This document shows, in pieces, positions 13,633 through 25,669 of a stretch of DNA of 64,000 bases (the stretch's first letter is position 1; each line of letters opens with the position of its first letter). The position numbers and the translations under genes were made by a program. The DNA comes from Rozella allomycis CSF55 (lineage: Eukaryota), in the NCBI GenBank assembly GCA_000442015.1, contig KE561347.1, positions 1 to 64,000 of the forward strand, in the 5' to 3' direction. The notes beneath the pieces were generated by a model that did not search any database, was not told where the DNA came from, and was given only the letters and a program-made list of their open reading frames with translations.

Positions 13633-15129
13633 TTATTTGAAATGGGGAAATAATGCTTCTATTTCATCAACCTCTTTGGGAACCTCTTCAGTCAAATTAG
13701 TGCAAAAGTTGGGTCCAACCAAAATATCATCTTCTATTCTTATCCCAATCCCCCGATACCTACTTAAAACCATTTTTCAATCACTTACTTTTCAGGAAAC
13801 CTCGTATCATTCTTTCGCACATAAAGTCCAGGCTCAACTGTAACAACCATTCCAGCCTTCAACGGCATTTCCTTGCTCGCAGTCACACAATCATGCACAT
13901 CCAGCCCCAAATAATGCCCAATATCATGTGGATACACATCTGGAATTTCCTTATCAACATCAAATCACTCAATTACATGATGTAGGATTTTAATGTCCAG
14001 TTTCATCAACGCTTCCCGCAAATAGTCTCTGGAATAATCGTACAACTGATTAATAGAAAGTCCACTCGTTTCCTTGCACTTTTCTATAATCTTCTTTTGC
14101 ACGTACAGGACGGCATTATACAACTCCATCTGGGCCCGTGAATAGGTTCCGTTCACAGGCCATGTGCGCGTAATGTCTCCACAGTAATGTTCATAGTCGC
14201 TGCCTGCGTCTACCAAGACTAGATCGCCATCTCTAAACAATTCATGCCGTTACATTGTACCTGAGTTGTTGAGCATTGGATACGTAGTGAATTGTATTGG
14301 CATTTTCGCCTCCTGCACAGACAGGAACATATGCAAGTCCATTAGCACCTCTTATTTTTGCTTCGTATTCTAATTTGGCTTCTAATGCTCTTTCAAACAT
14401 CCCTGGCTGCGTAAATTTTATAGCCTATTTCAATCAACTATTCTCTCTACTTGTTTCATTGCTTTTGCAGAAATTGAGCATGCTTTGGTCATCAAATCTA
14501 TTTCAAATTCGCTTTTAACAACTCTCTGCATATCAAGCAAGTCATGGGCCGATTTCATTTCAACCCCTATCATACCAACTATTTTATGCATTACCTTTCA
14601 CGGACGGCAATTGCATTGAATCGGGTTTATATACTTTATCATATTTCTGTATATTATTCATCAGATACGCTCCCAGAGACCCAATCGGATGCGCCTGGTC
14701 CGCCATAAAACTGCGAACCGCTCCATCAGTCCCACACATCGGGCCTTCCCACAGCACCTTGTGTGCATCATACGGCTCCACAAACAAGATCATCTGGTAC
14801 CCCTTCCTAACACTATCGTCTCTCTTCAGAATCATCGCCGCATTGGGTTCATTGAAGCCCGTCAGATAGTAGAAATCAGACTGCTGGCGGAACGGGTAGC
14901 TAGTAAATGCACAGATTTATTGTTACAAAATGTGCGGGCTCTTGTAGAACATTTTGTGGCCCGAAAGAAGGATTATGGAATTTTGGTCGAGATGTCGCGT
15001 TAGTCGGTACCGGCGCGAGGATAATTCTTCCGGTGGGATTGGAATGCTGAGAGTTGCGAGGGGTTGTTTGGAAGCGGTTTGGGAGAAGTGGCGAATTGGA
15101 ATTGAGAATGGAAACTTTTTGCTGATCAT
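13633..15129 (-). CDS. ICP55: Mitochondrial Xaa-Pro aminopeptidase (ICP55/XPNPEP3), multi-exon
   Basis: Presequence-like N-term, FRQQSDFYYLTGFNEP, LWEGP, LVLVDAG..YCGDITRTWPVNG, YPHDIGHYLGLDVHD, TVEPG, GIRIEDDI. Confidence 0.9.
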
Positions 15130-15367
15130 TCGAAAACGGAAATGGTATTTCTAAATTTCGCAGTTTGAATGTTTGATGAAACGATTCACTCAGGATTCAG
15201 AATGTATTGATTTTGAGGAATATTATTAGTGTTGTGTAATATTTGCGCGTAAATATCTTCAAAAATTATCTGCCTATAATTAACTCGATCTAAAAATGCA
15301 CACCTCCTGTTTTACTTGTGCTATAAAAACAACCCCTAGGGAATGAAACATCAGACTAGTCAAAACA

Positions 15368-16429
15368 ATGGGATCCTTTCTTTGGCTTTTCGTTCTGCTG
15401 TCCTTTACTTCAATGCTTCAATCACGCCCATCTCCGGATAAGACAACCGATGTCATGGTAGACGATAAGCTCCGTTGGACTTTGAACTATTTTCTTCACT
15501 TGGATGATGATAAGAAGAAAAGTTTTACAGAATCCTTTGACCAAGTTAATTCAGCATTGACTGACTCTGCCAAAAAGGTGTACGATTCAATATTCAAGAA
15601 ACACGGGAAANTGTTAATTCAGCATTGACTCAAAAAGGTGTACGATTCCATATTTAAGAAAAACGGGAAATTCAGTTTCGACTCTGTTGCTAGTAAAGCG
15701 GATATCGGTATAATCTTTTTTGACGATGCACACGGCAAGGATATTCCTGTGCGGTTTACAGATCAAGCTCTCTGTTTTGTAGGAGGAAAGTATTTTGGCT
15801 GGGATGCATTCTATTGTAAAATTAAAGCAATCGATGACATCAAGAAAGATCCCGCTGGATTTATGGGTGTAGCGGTTCATGAACTAGCTCATCTTTTTCA
15901 AGCATTAAATTCTGGAAGTGGAGACTTTAGGGAAGCGATTGCTGACTGGCATCGAATCGACTGTGGCTTCCCTTCGGAGAAAATCGAGTACACCATAAAA
16001 GACGCACTTTCCAAGAAATGTGTTGACCTGTCTTATCAAACAGGTGCCTTCTTCTGGGATTTTGTAATTAAGAGTTTAAATAGGAATATTCTTGTTGAAT
16101 ATGGAGATCGTGATAGGAGCGGAATGGGTTCCTTTGAGTCGATAATGAAATCTCTGACAGGACTCGATAATTTTGACAAACTTTGTGACGACTATCGCAA
16201 TCATTTGCTAAAAGAAGTTGGTATAACTGACGGGACAAATAATATTTACCCCGAAAAATATAGTGAATGTAAGGCGAAAGGGACAGCGCCTAGCTGTACG
16301 TTTTGGCCTGGAAATACTGCAGATTGCGATGAAGGATGGGAAACGCCAGGTGATGTGAAGTGGGACAAAGACGCGATGAGTAAAGGGTGCGTTGTCGGTT
16401 ATCGTCGATATTGTTGTAAGCGTAAATAA
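15368..16429 (+). CDS. Secreted BSP-family (basic secretory protein-like) zinc metallopeptidase with Cys-rich C-terminal module, paralog 1
   Basis: Signal peptide, VHELAHLFQ (HExxH), EAIADW, SYQTGAFFWDF; ORF split only by the n-join duplication at 15611. Confidence 0.75.
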
Positions 16430-16658
16430 ACGTAGTTTAATATATCAATCTGTCTTCTGAATATTATGTCATATTTTAAAACAAACCAAGTCACGTAAAT
16501 CACTTAAGCAGTACCGAAGGCGTTGTCGAAGAGTATTTTCTCGCCAGTAGTTACAACACCAAAAATAACATGACTGTAAATAGAAAACTCCTGTTTCATT
16601 GATTCCATATATCCAACCCCTAGTTGATGAAACGAGAGACTTGTGACTTGTCTTTACA

Positions 16659-17773
16659 ATGGAATACTTTTCTTGGCTTTTAGTTCTTCTGTCGTTTGCT
16701 TCCATGCTTCAGTCACGTCCATCTCCGGAAAAGACAACTGATGTCATGGTAGACGATCAACTCCGCTGGACCTTGAACTATTTTCTTCTCCTGGACGACG
16801 ACAAGAAGAAAAGTTTCACAGAATCCTTTGACCAAATCAACTCGGCACTGGCTGACTCTGCCAAAAAGGTGTACGATTCAATATTCAAGAAACACGGGAA
16901 ATTTAGTTTCGAGCCGGTTGCTAGTAACTAGTAAGGGAGACATCAGTGTAATCTTTTTTGACGAGGGGCACACCAAGGATCTTCCATTGCAGGTTCCAGA
17001 TAAATCAATTTGTTTTGCAGCAAAATATCTTGACTGGGATGCATTCTATTGCAAATTTGACGCCATCAACAATTTTAAAAAAGATTCCGCTGGATTTATT
17101 GGACTAGTGATACATGAACTGGCTCATCTCTTCCAGGCGATAAACTCTGCAAGTAGAGATTTTAAGGAAGCAATCGCTGATTGGCATCGAATCGACTGTG
17201 GTTATCCTTCAGATAAAATTGAAGATTCCATAAAAGATGCCCTTTCCAAGAACTGCGTCGATCTGTCCTATCAAACAGGCGCCTTCTTTTGGGATTTTGT
17301 CATTAAAAGCTTAAACAGGAACATTCTTGTTGAATATGGTGATCTCGATAGGAAAAAATTCGGTTCATTTGAGTCTATAATGAAAGCGCTGACGGGGCTC
17401 GACAATTTTGACAAACTTTGTGACGACTACCGACGCCATTTGAGAACGGATANGCGATAGGAACAAAATGGGTTCTTTTGAGTCTATAATGAAAGCGCTG
17501 ACGGGGCTCGACAGTTTTGACAAACTTTGTGACGACTACCGACGCCATTTGCGAATGGATATTGGGATAAAAGACGCAACCATCAATTTCTTCCCTGAAA
17601 AGTATAGTGAATGTGTAGCAAAGGAGTCGGGGTCTACCTGTGCCAGTTTGCCTGGAAATACTGCAGATTGCGATGAGGGATGGGAAACGCCGGCTGATGT
17701 GAAGTGGGATAAAGATGCGATGAGTAAAGGGTGTATTGTTGGATATCGCCGATATTGTTGTAAACGTAAATAA
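16659..17773 (+). pseudogene. BSP-family metallopeptidase paralog 2, frameshifted as assembled
   Basis: Colinear with paralog 1 but carries a 7-bp tandem duplication (CTAGTAA x2, 16921-16934) giving a stop at 16929-16931; n-join at 17453. Confidence 0.6.
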
Positions 17774-17966
17774 ACCTAATTTTTTTTTATATAATATGAA
17801 TTGTTATGATCCATTCATTCGCCAAATCCATGTGCGTTCATCTGTTGAATCGTCTCAAATTTACCAAGCGTTTGTTTATTTCCCCATTAATTTTATCCAT
17901 TTTTATTACGATAATTATCCTTCTTCTCGTTATTGTATAGAGTATATCTAGTTCATAGCACCAAAC

Positions 17967-20900
17967 ATGTGGCTAAGTTCCAAGAATTTGCCTATGGTTA
18001 GTAGTAAAACAAGCGGAACATTTTCACGGGCATTCCATCTACTGTGTACACTTCCGCCTACGCGTGCAAAGATGGTAGAGCAGCAGTACTGTGAGGAGCG
18101 GTACGTAGAGGAGATGCAAGAGCTTTGTGGAATAATGGAAGGTAGTGGCGAATTGCTGTCGTATTTTGAGAGTGAGAAATATACGAGTTTGGAGAGTGTT
18201 GATGGCGAGATTGTTGAGCGGCTTGTTGGAGAGTTGGGGATGGGGCGGGGGCAGGCTGTGCGAGTGTTAGTTGATTGCTGTAGGGAGCGGGGTGAGGTTG
18301 ACAATGGAAGATTTGGGTTTGATGAAGCTGTGATGTATTATCATGGGGAGCGGGTGGCGATGTTGGAGTGTTTGAGTGCGTTGATAGGGGTGTGTGAGAA
18401 TGAGGAGAATGAGTTGAGTGTTGTTGGGGATGAGGTGTTGGTTAGAATTGAGGGAGGGTTTGTTGAGCGGTGGATGAGGGATTTTGGGAAGCTGGTGAGG
18501 TGTAAGCCAAAGGGGGTGAATGTTGGGAGTGTTGGGATGATTTTGGAGAATAATTTGCGGGAGATGAAGAGTATGCTTGTGTGTTTGTTTTGTATGGTGT
18601 ATCGGAGGGTGGTGTTGAGTGGGAGGGAGATTGGAGAGATTGTTGGGATGTTGATTGAGAATGAGTTTTTTTCGAGGGTGGAGTATTATGGGATGTTGAG
18701 TGAGGAGGGGAGGAGGGAGAGTGAGGAAGTGAAGCAGTGGGCGATACTGTTGTTTGTTGAGATGATGAATTTTGAGAATTTGAATGAGGATGGGATGAAG
18801 GAGTTGAAGAGAATGAAAGTGTGTTTGGTTTCGGATATAAAGGTTGTTGCAGAGATTAATGAGCGGTTGAAGGGGATGAATTATAATTTTGAAGGGAGTA
18901 GTTTGATATTGTTTNAATGGGATGAAGGAGATGAAGAGAATGAAAGTGTGTTTAGTTTCGGATATTAAGGTTGTTGAGGAGATTAATGAGAGGTTGAAGG
19001 GGATGAATTATAATTTTGAAGGGAGTAGTTTGATATTGTTTAGTTGGGGTTGTTTTTTGGCCAAGATAGATTTGATGAATGATGAAGAGTATGAAGAATT
19101 GGTGAGTGAGAAGCAAGTGAATAGTAAGAATGAGATTTATAAGATGATGATTGTGAAGGCAGTTGAGATGAAATGTATGAATTTTATTAGAGAAGTGATA
19201 AAGAAGAAGATAAATTTGGGTGTTAAACAAATAATAAAAGATTTGTTGGATGTTTTTGTTGAATGTTTTGAAGTTAATTTTATTGAAGGGTTTGAAGATT
19301 TGGTTGAATGTTATTCAGATTTGTTTAAGCAAGAAGAAGAAATGATTGAAATGTTTTGGAGAGATGAAAATTTTAGTAGAGGAATGAAGAAAGTTTTAGA
19401 GTCTTGCATTGTAAGATTTCCAATTCAATATGAACCCTTGTTTAAATTTATGAAAGGGATTGGAAATGAAAATTTTTATGAATTTTTTAATAATTTGGAA
19501 TATTTTAGTTGTTTTTGTGATAAAAATAGATTTGAAATTTATGAAAATAATTTTGTTGTTTGTTTGGAAAGTTTTAATTGTTTTGGAATAGAAATTGTTA
19601 GAGGAACCAATGGAATTTTGATTGGAAATGAAATTATTAAATGGAAAATAAATTATTCTGGTTGGGAAATTATTTTTAATCTTTTAGAAAATTTTTTATT
19701 GAAAAAAGATGAAAAAAATTTCTTATTGTGTGGCTTGGAGATCTTTGAAAAAATAGATTTTAAGAAGAATGAAATTGAAAAAATAGATTTATGGATTGAA
19801 TATTTAATAGAATTATTAGAAATTAATGAATTAGATTTAATTTCAACATCTTTGAATTGTTTAAAGAAATTAATTTTTAAAATGAATTTTCAATTGATAA
19901 AAAGATTGATAAATTTTAGTTTGAATTTTTTTAATATTTTAGAATCTGAAATCAAAATTGGAGAATTTAAATTTTCTAAAATTTATTTTGAATTTATTTT
20001 AAATTTAATAAAAGAAATTAATTCAAGAAAATTCATTAAACAAACTAATTCAGTTGAAATTGAGTTATGTGAATTATTTCCATTGATTTTAAATTTGAAT
20101 ATTAATAAATGGAAGTTTAGCAATTTGAGTGAAAAATGGATTATTTTAAAGTTATTTTCAAATATTGTTTATGAATATTCAAGATTAACAAATAAAGAGT
20201 TTAAAATTGAATCATTGTATAAAATTATTCTGCAAGGAAATGAATTGATGAATTATTTATTTAATAAACGTAAAATTAATGAATTAAATGAATTCAAATC
20301 TTGTTTAAAACAAGTATTAAAATGTTGTACGTTTCAATTTGTGGTTGAAGGGGTTGAAAGGAAAGAAAGTGAAGTAAATGTGGGAATAGTTGAAAGGGTT
20401 AATAGTAATCAATTTAACTATTCAGCTGATTTGATTCCCTTGTTGATTGATTATTCATTTGATAATGATCTTGGCTTGGACGCTTTAAATTTACTAGAAA
20501 AATTGATAAAAGAAAATATTTCTTTAACTCCATTTATAGATTCATTCTACAATCTAATAGTAAATTTACAAAATAGATCTTTTATTTATAAACTTTTATC
20601 ATCTTTAATTGAATACCAAAAAGAATTTTCTTGTTTATTATTAAAAAGAAATTTAAACATTATTTCAGATCTAAAAAATTCTACTAAAAACATTAAATTA
20701 GAATTTCACATTCTAAATTTCATTAAATTAATCTATTTAAATGATCTTTCTTTTCTTATTCAATCTTTTAAATCTAATGATCTTTTAAGTTATTTGAAAA
20801 ACAGATTAAAAGATTTAAATAATACAATTAGTTTAACAATTTCAACTGATTCAAATAGAATTTCAAATGATTCAAATAGTTTATCATCTTTGGCTTATTG

Positions 20901-22434
20901 GTTGGATAATAAAGCTACAATTTTATACATTTTTAGCTTAGAAAGAATTATTGTAGATTGCGTTGATTACTTGAAAGAATCAATTTCAGAAATCAATCTT
21001 TCAATTTTAGATGAATTTAAAAATTTCAATCTAAATTTAATTAAAAATAATTCTTTAAATTATGGAAATTCTTTTCTTTATGATCCTTTTGTTTTCACAG
21101 ATTATTCTGATAAATTAATTCAATTAAACAATTCTTTATCTTTAATAAACGCAAAATCAAATCTATTCAAATCTTCTTGTATTCTTCTTTGCTTGTCTAA
21201 TCTATCAAACTATGAATCTATTCTAACCACTCTAATTCAAATAGACTTAAACAATTCCCCTGTGAAAGATTACTCTTCTATTCTTTTATCTTTAATCTGT
21301 TTAAAGAATAGAAATCTTCCATCCAATCTTATCAATTCTATTCTTGAATTATTACAAAAATCATTTCAGAATTTTACTAATTATTCAGATCTATTTTTAT
21401 CTGTGGCTGGGTTAGACAATATCACAGAAAAACAAATCGTTGAAATTCTTTTAATGATAATAAATCATCCAAAAACAATTGAATCTCTAAATATAATCAA
21501 AATCTGTTGTTTAAAGAGCTTCAATAATTCTATTGAAATTTCATTAATCTTTCAACACAATCATTTTATTCCAAATTTGTTAAGTTTATTAAAATCAAAT
21601 TCATCTAAAAAATTATCTTCAAACATTCTAGAATTTTTATCTGATATTTCTCAAATAGATTCACTAGCTTTACTTTTATTGCCTCATCTTCATTCATTAA
21701 ATACTTTCAGTCTTGATTCAGTCATTTCTATTTACATCAATGTACTTTTGCTAGTAGGCAAAGAAGCTGTTCCAAGTGCTCTTCAATTATTCAATCGCTA
21801 TTCTGATGATTTCAACACAATCTTTGAAAACTTTTCTTCCAATCTAATCCTCTTAGAACAATCAATTCTTTTAATCAATCTTTTATCAAACTATTATTCA
21901 GACTGGAAAATAGAATTCAGCCACATTTCAAACACATTTGTTCTAAAATCAATCATCATTCTAAAACACCTGATTTTACTCTACACAAACTACAATGAAT
22001 TCAAACACGAATACTCTACAAATCTAACAGAACCAACAACCAAAAACATCCTCGAGTCAATCTTCACAAACGGCATCCAATCACTCTTGGTGTTTCTAGA
22101 AGCTCCACTAACAATCTCCAATCCAATCGAAGACTGGCCGCTCCATTTGCAGCTCATCTCGCCCAGTCTCAAATCATCGTCAGATGTTCTATCATTCGGG
22201 TCGCTGGTGTCGCTCTTCAATTCAACAAACAATGTGCTGCTGAAACACGAGATACTGTTCATGCTGTATTCACAATGCGTGCTTTGCTTGCTGCTACAGA
22301 ATAACCAGAATATAGATTTGCTCGAATTCAGGAATGAAGTCGTGCCGGAATTGGCCGCTTGCTTTGGGAAGGATGTTGGGGATCCTTTTGTTGCGCAGTT
22401 GAGTTTGCTGTTTGGTAAAGTTGTTGGGAATTAA
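17967..22434 (+). CDS. NUP188: Nucleoporin Nup188-like
   Basis: YYHGERVAMLECL, ILLFVEMMNF, RFPIQYEPLFKFM and GTNG..IKWKINYSGW resemble Nup188 N-terminal motifs; about 1450 aa once the n-join duplication at 18915 is collapsed. Confidence 0.7.
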
Positions 22435-22619
22435 TGGAATAAATGTTAATGAAATAAAAGGTTTTTTCTTTATATTTACATTTACAAGTAATTAGGGTTT
22501 CAAAAGATTTTAATGGATGTTACTTGGTTTTAACTTTCATTGGCGGCTATATTTAAATTCTCCTATAATGTTTCATATTTTACCCACAAATACCGCCGAT
22601 TAAGGGGTCAAGACTCAAC

Positions 22620-23198
22620 ATGAAACAATATTTCACTCTACTAGTTACTCTATACGCATCGATCATCCTCTGCATTAATCCTCAGCCAAGACCGCAACCA
22701 CAGGGTATAGCTAACCGACTCAAAACCTCTTGGAAGGCTGCCAAAACAACATACCAAACACGCAAGTTGATGCGGAACGATGTCGCCCAATCCGCTCGTC
22801 AAAAACCAGCCCAGTCCTTGACCAAAACGCCAGCACAATCCACGGCCTCCAATATACTGGCTCAGAAATACTTGGAAAAGATAAACAGCATAAATCTAGC
22901 AGGTGATCTCAAAACGCTGAAACGCACGGACGAGGCCTTGGGCATTATGGCGAAAAATGCGCAACGAAATGGTATGACGCAGAGAGATGTTGAGCCAGTG
23001 TTGAGAAAACTTTCCGAATTGAATATGAGGGCTGATATTAAGCAACGGGAAACATGGAATGTGTTTGACAAGTATCGCAGAAGCGCTGGGGCTGATATGA
23101 AGGTTACTAACAATTTGATGGAAAAATTTAGGGGCGATGCAAAGACATTTAAGATGACGGAAGATTGGATAAAGATGTTCAAGGCGCTTCCTGCATAA
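22620..23198 (+). CDS. Secreted cationic helical protein, candidate effector, paralog A
   Basis: Signal peptide, then NPQPRPQPQG, then K/R-rich helix; intronless; homologous to 24250-24822. Confidence 0.75.
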   Translation: MKQYFTLLVTLYASIILCINPQPRPQPQGIANRLKTSWKAAKTTYQTRKLMRNDVAQSARQKPAQSLTKTPAQSTASNILAQKYLEKINSINLAGDLKTLKRTDEALGIMAKNAQRNGMTQRDVEPVLRKLSELNMRADIKQRETWNVFDKYRRSAGADMKVTNNLMEKFRGDAKTFKMTEDWIKMFKALPA

Positions 23199-23340
23199 AC
23201 ATGTTAATAATTAATAACGAGTTAATTATAATTTAAACTGTTAATAACCGTTAATAACGAGTTAATTATATTNGAATGGATTTGTTTCTGTGGCCTTACA
23301 ATGAAAAACTAAAATTGCTAAGCCATGGACAGACAAACAG

Positions 23341-23372
<32 letters not shown>

Positions 23373-23582
23373 CCACAGAAACCATTCGATAACTACCCCG
23401 GTCAACGATATAAATCCCTTAAAGTGAGTGTGTTATCGAAGTGAAAATGGTATTAACACGATTTTCAATAATCGTGTCTGGAGTCCGGGTCGTACCTCCC
23501 CGTCCGATAATCGTGAATAACGAGTCAATTATAATCTAAACATGTTAATAATTAATAACAAGTTAATTATAATCTTAACATG
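23197..23582. repeat. AT-rich ~38-bp repeat units flanking a CA/GACA microsatellite and an inverted-repeat-rich segment
   Basis: AAACATGTTAATAATTAATAAC(G/A)AGTTAATTATAAT-like units at ~23197-23272 and ~23516-23582; microsatellite at ~23328-23378. Confidence 0.7.
23466..23510 (+). repeat. Dispersed repeat copy (reverse-complement partner at 62058-62103)
   Basis: CAATAATCGTGTCTGGAGTCCGGGTCGTACCTCCCCGTCCGATAA vs revcomp CAATAATCGTTTCTGAAGTCCGGGTCGTAAACTCCCCGTCCGATAA. Confidence 0.8.
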
Positions 23583-24249
23583 GTTTAAGTGACAACAATA
23601 AAATCGAATAAATACTGCTTGTCATTTTGATAGCAAATAGATACATGCATATTTTATAATATTCTTCTACGGAATCCACGATACTTGAAGTGAAGTGATT
23701 ATAGTAAAAGGACTTAGTCGCTCCGTGCGCTTAATCCTCATAAATTGGATAGTAAGTTAAACGATAAATGAGAAAACGGATATCGATTGAGAATGGATTA
23801 TTTATTGAATATCTCCTTGGAGTTTTATATGGTTGATTCTTTCTGTACATAGTAGATCTATCATTATCAAGAGATCCATATTGAGTCCTCATCCAATGAG
23901 TATAAATCTATGTTAGTTGTCAATAGAGAAACCTTAATCGTTGTATAAAGGTTGTGAACTCTATGCTATCGTCAATGACCCTGACAGGGCATACTGGTAG
24001 TACCTTAAGATAGAGTCAGGGATTGAGTACCTATGCTATCGTCATAGACCCTCTTTGGGTCAGTTATGACAGACTTAATGGAAAAGTGCAAAGATAATAC
24101 TAACTAAAGAAGGAATTTAAGGAATCTATGGTTAAATACTCCCAATTTTAATTGTATCATAAATTAATCCTATTGGATGCTATGTATAGAATCTCCTATC
24201 GTGTAACATCTGTGACTCATATAAATATTTTTGGCATACAGGGGTCAAT

Positions 24250-24822
24250 ATGAAACTATATTTCACTATTCTATGTACTCTTTACGCATCGATCATTCTT
24301 TGCATAAATCCTTCTCCAGCGCCTAGACCACAACCACAGGGTATGGCTAACCGATTCAGAACTGCTTGGAAGGCAGTTAAAGGAAAGTTCCAGACGCCAA
24401 GGCTGGTTCGAAACAATGCTTTCCAATTCAACCGCCAAAAGCCATCTAAAAACATGGCTTATCAAAAACCCATAGTCGATAATCGTAAGATGCAGGTTCA
24501 GCACTTGGAGAAGAGCGTGAATGAAATAAACCTAGCAGATAAACCCGAAATTCAGAATTTCAAGATCGTTGAAATGGTAAATTATGCCCGATCCAATGGT
24601 ATGTCGCAAAAAGATCTGCAACCTGTGATGAAAAAACTATCTGAAATAAATAAGGCGGCTAATATTAAGAAAACGGAAGCATGGGAAAACTTCAATCGCA
24701 ATCTTGCAAACGTGGACAACAAAGTTCCAGGCAAGTTGATGGATGAATATACTCGCGAAGCACAAACTTTTCAGAGGACTCTAAACTGGATTAAATTGTT
24801 CAAGACGCTCCCAGAAAAATAA
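24250..24822 (+). CDS. Secreted cationic helical protein, candidate effector, paralog B
   Basis: Near-identical signal peptide to paralog A, NPSPAPRPQPQG leader, shared INLA, NGM(T/S)Q and WIK(M/L)FK motifs. Confidence 0.75.
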   Translation: MKLYFTILCTLYASIILCINPSPAPRPQPQGMANRFRTAWKAVKGKFQTPRLVRNNAFQFNRQKPSKNMAYQKPIVDNRKMQVQHLEKSVNEINLADKPEIQNFKIVEMVNYARSNGMSQKDLQPVMKKLSEINKAANIKKTEAWENFNRNLANVDNKVPGKLMDEYTREAQTFQRTLNWIKLFKTLPEK

Positions 24823-25087
24823 TCAATAAATTGTTCTTTATAACTTTAAACATTGGATTGACCTTTTATCATTTTGTGTAGGAAATGCCTCACACCCTAG
24901 AATAGACTGATCTCATCCCTATCTACAATTGACTCATATTTTTCTTGTTTTATAATAGGCGAATTCTTAAAATTAATTCAAAGCTCATTCAATTTCGGCG
25001 ATCATCATGGGATGGGATGGGATGATTTACCCATGCCATAAATACAAAAACAATTCGGCGGGCTTCTACCCTGGTTAAATGGTACAN

Positions 25088-25427
25088 CAAGGTACAGGCT
25101 CGGCAAAACTTGGAGAAGAGCATCAATGAAATAAACCTAGCAGATAAACCCGAAATTCAGAATCTCAAGATTGTTGAAATGGTAAAGTATGCCCGATCCA
25201 ATGGTATGTCTCAGCGAGATATTAAGCCTGTGTTGGAAAAACTTTCTGAAATAAATATGGCGGCTAATATTAAGAAAACGCAAGCATGGAACAATTTTAA
25301 CCGCAATCTTGCAAACGGGGATAACAAAGTTCCAGGCAAGTTGATGGATGAATACACTCGCGAGGCACAAACATTTCAGAGGACTCTAAACTGGATTAAA
25401 TTATTCAAGACCCTCCCAGAAAAATAG
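25088..25427 (+). other. Partial second copy (allele or third paralog) of paralog B after an n-join
   Basis: Same C-terminal ~105 aa with several substitutions; downstream flank also repeats 24823-25086 in diverged form. Confidence 0.6.
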
Positions 25428-25669
25428 TCAATAAATTGTTCTCTTAACCTTAATAAGCGTTTGACGTTTTATACCTTTCAACTTTCAAGTACATTCCGGG
25501 AATAAACTATAATCAACTCTTTCTAAAATTGAATCATTTTTTTCTTTGCTTTAAAAAAGGGGAGTTCTTAAAAATAATTCAAAGTTTATTCAATTTCGGC
25601 GATCATGATGGGATGATTTACCCATGTCATAAATACAAAAACAATACGGCGGGCTTCTACCCTGGTTAA

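Noticed and set aside
17948-19230. Antisense ORFs over NUP188
   Set aside because: Low-complexity shadows of the skewed sense strand
23197-23582. CRISPR-like array from AT-rich repeats
   Set aside because: Eukaryotic context, degenerate tandem units, no regular unique spacers, no cas genes
23911-24208. Possible solo LTR (TGTTA...TAACA)
   Set aside because: No exact TSD, and the right end is part of the promoter shared with paralog A
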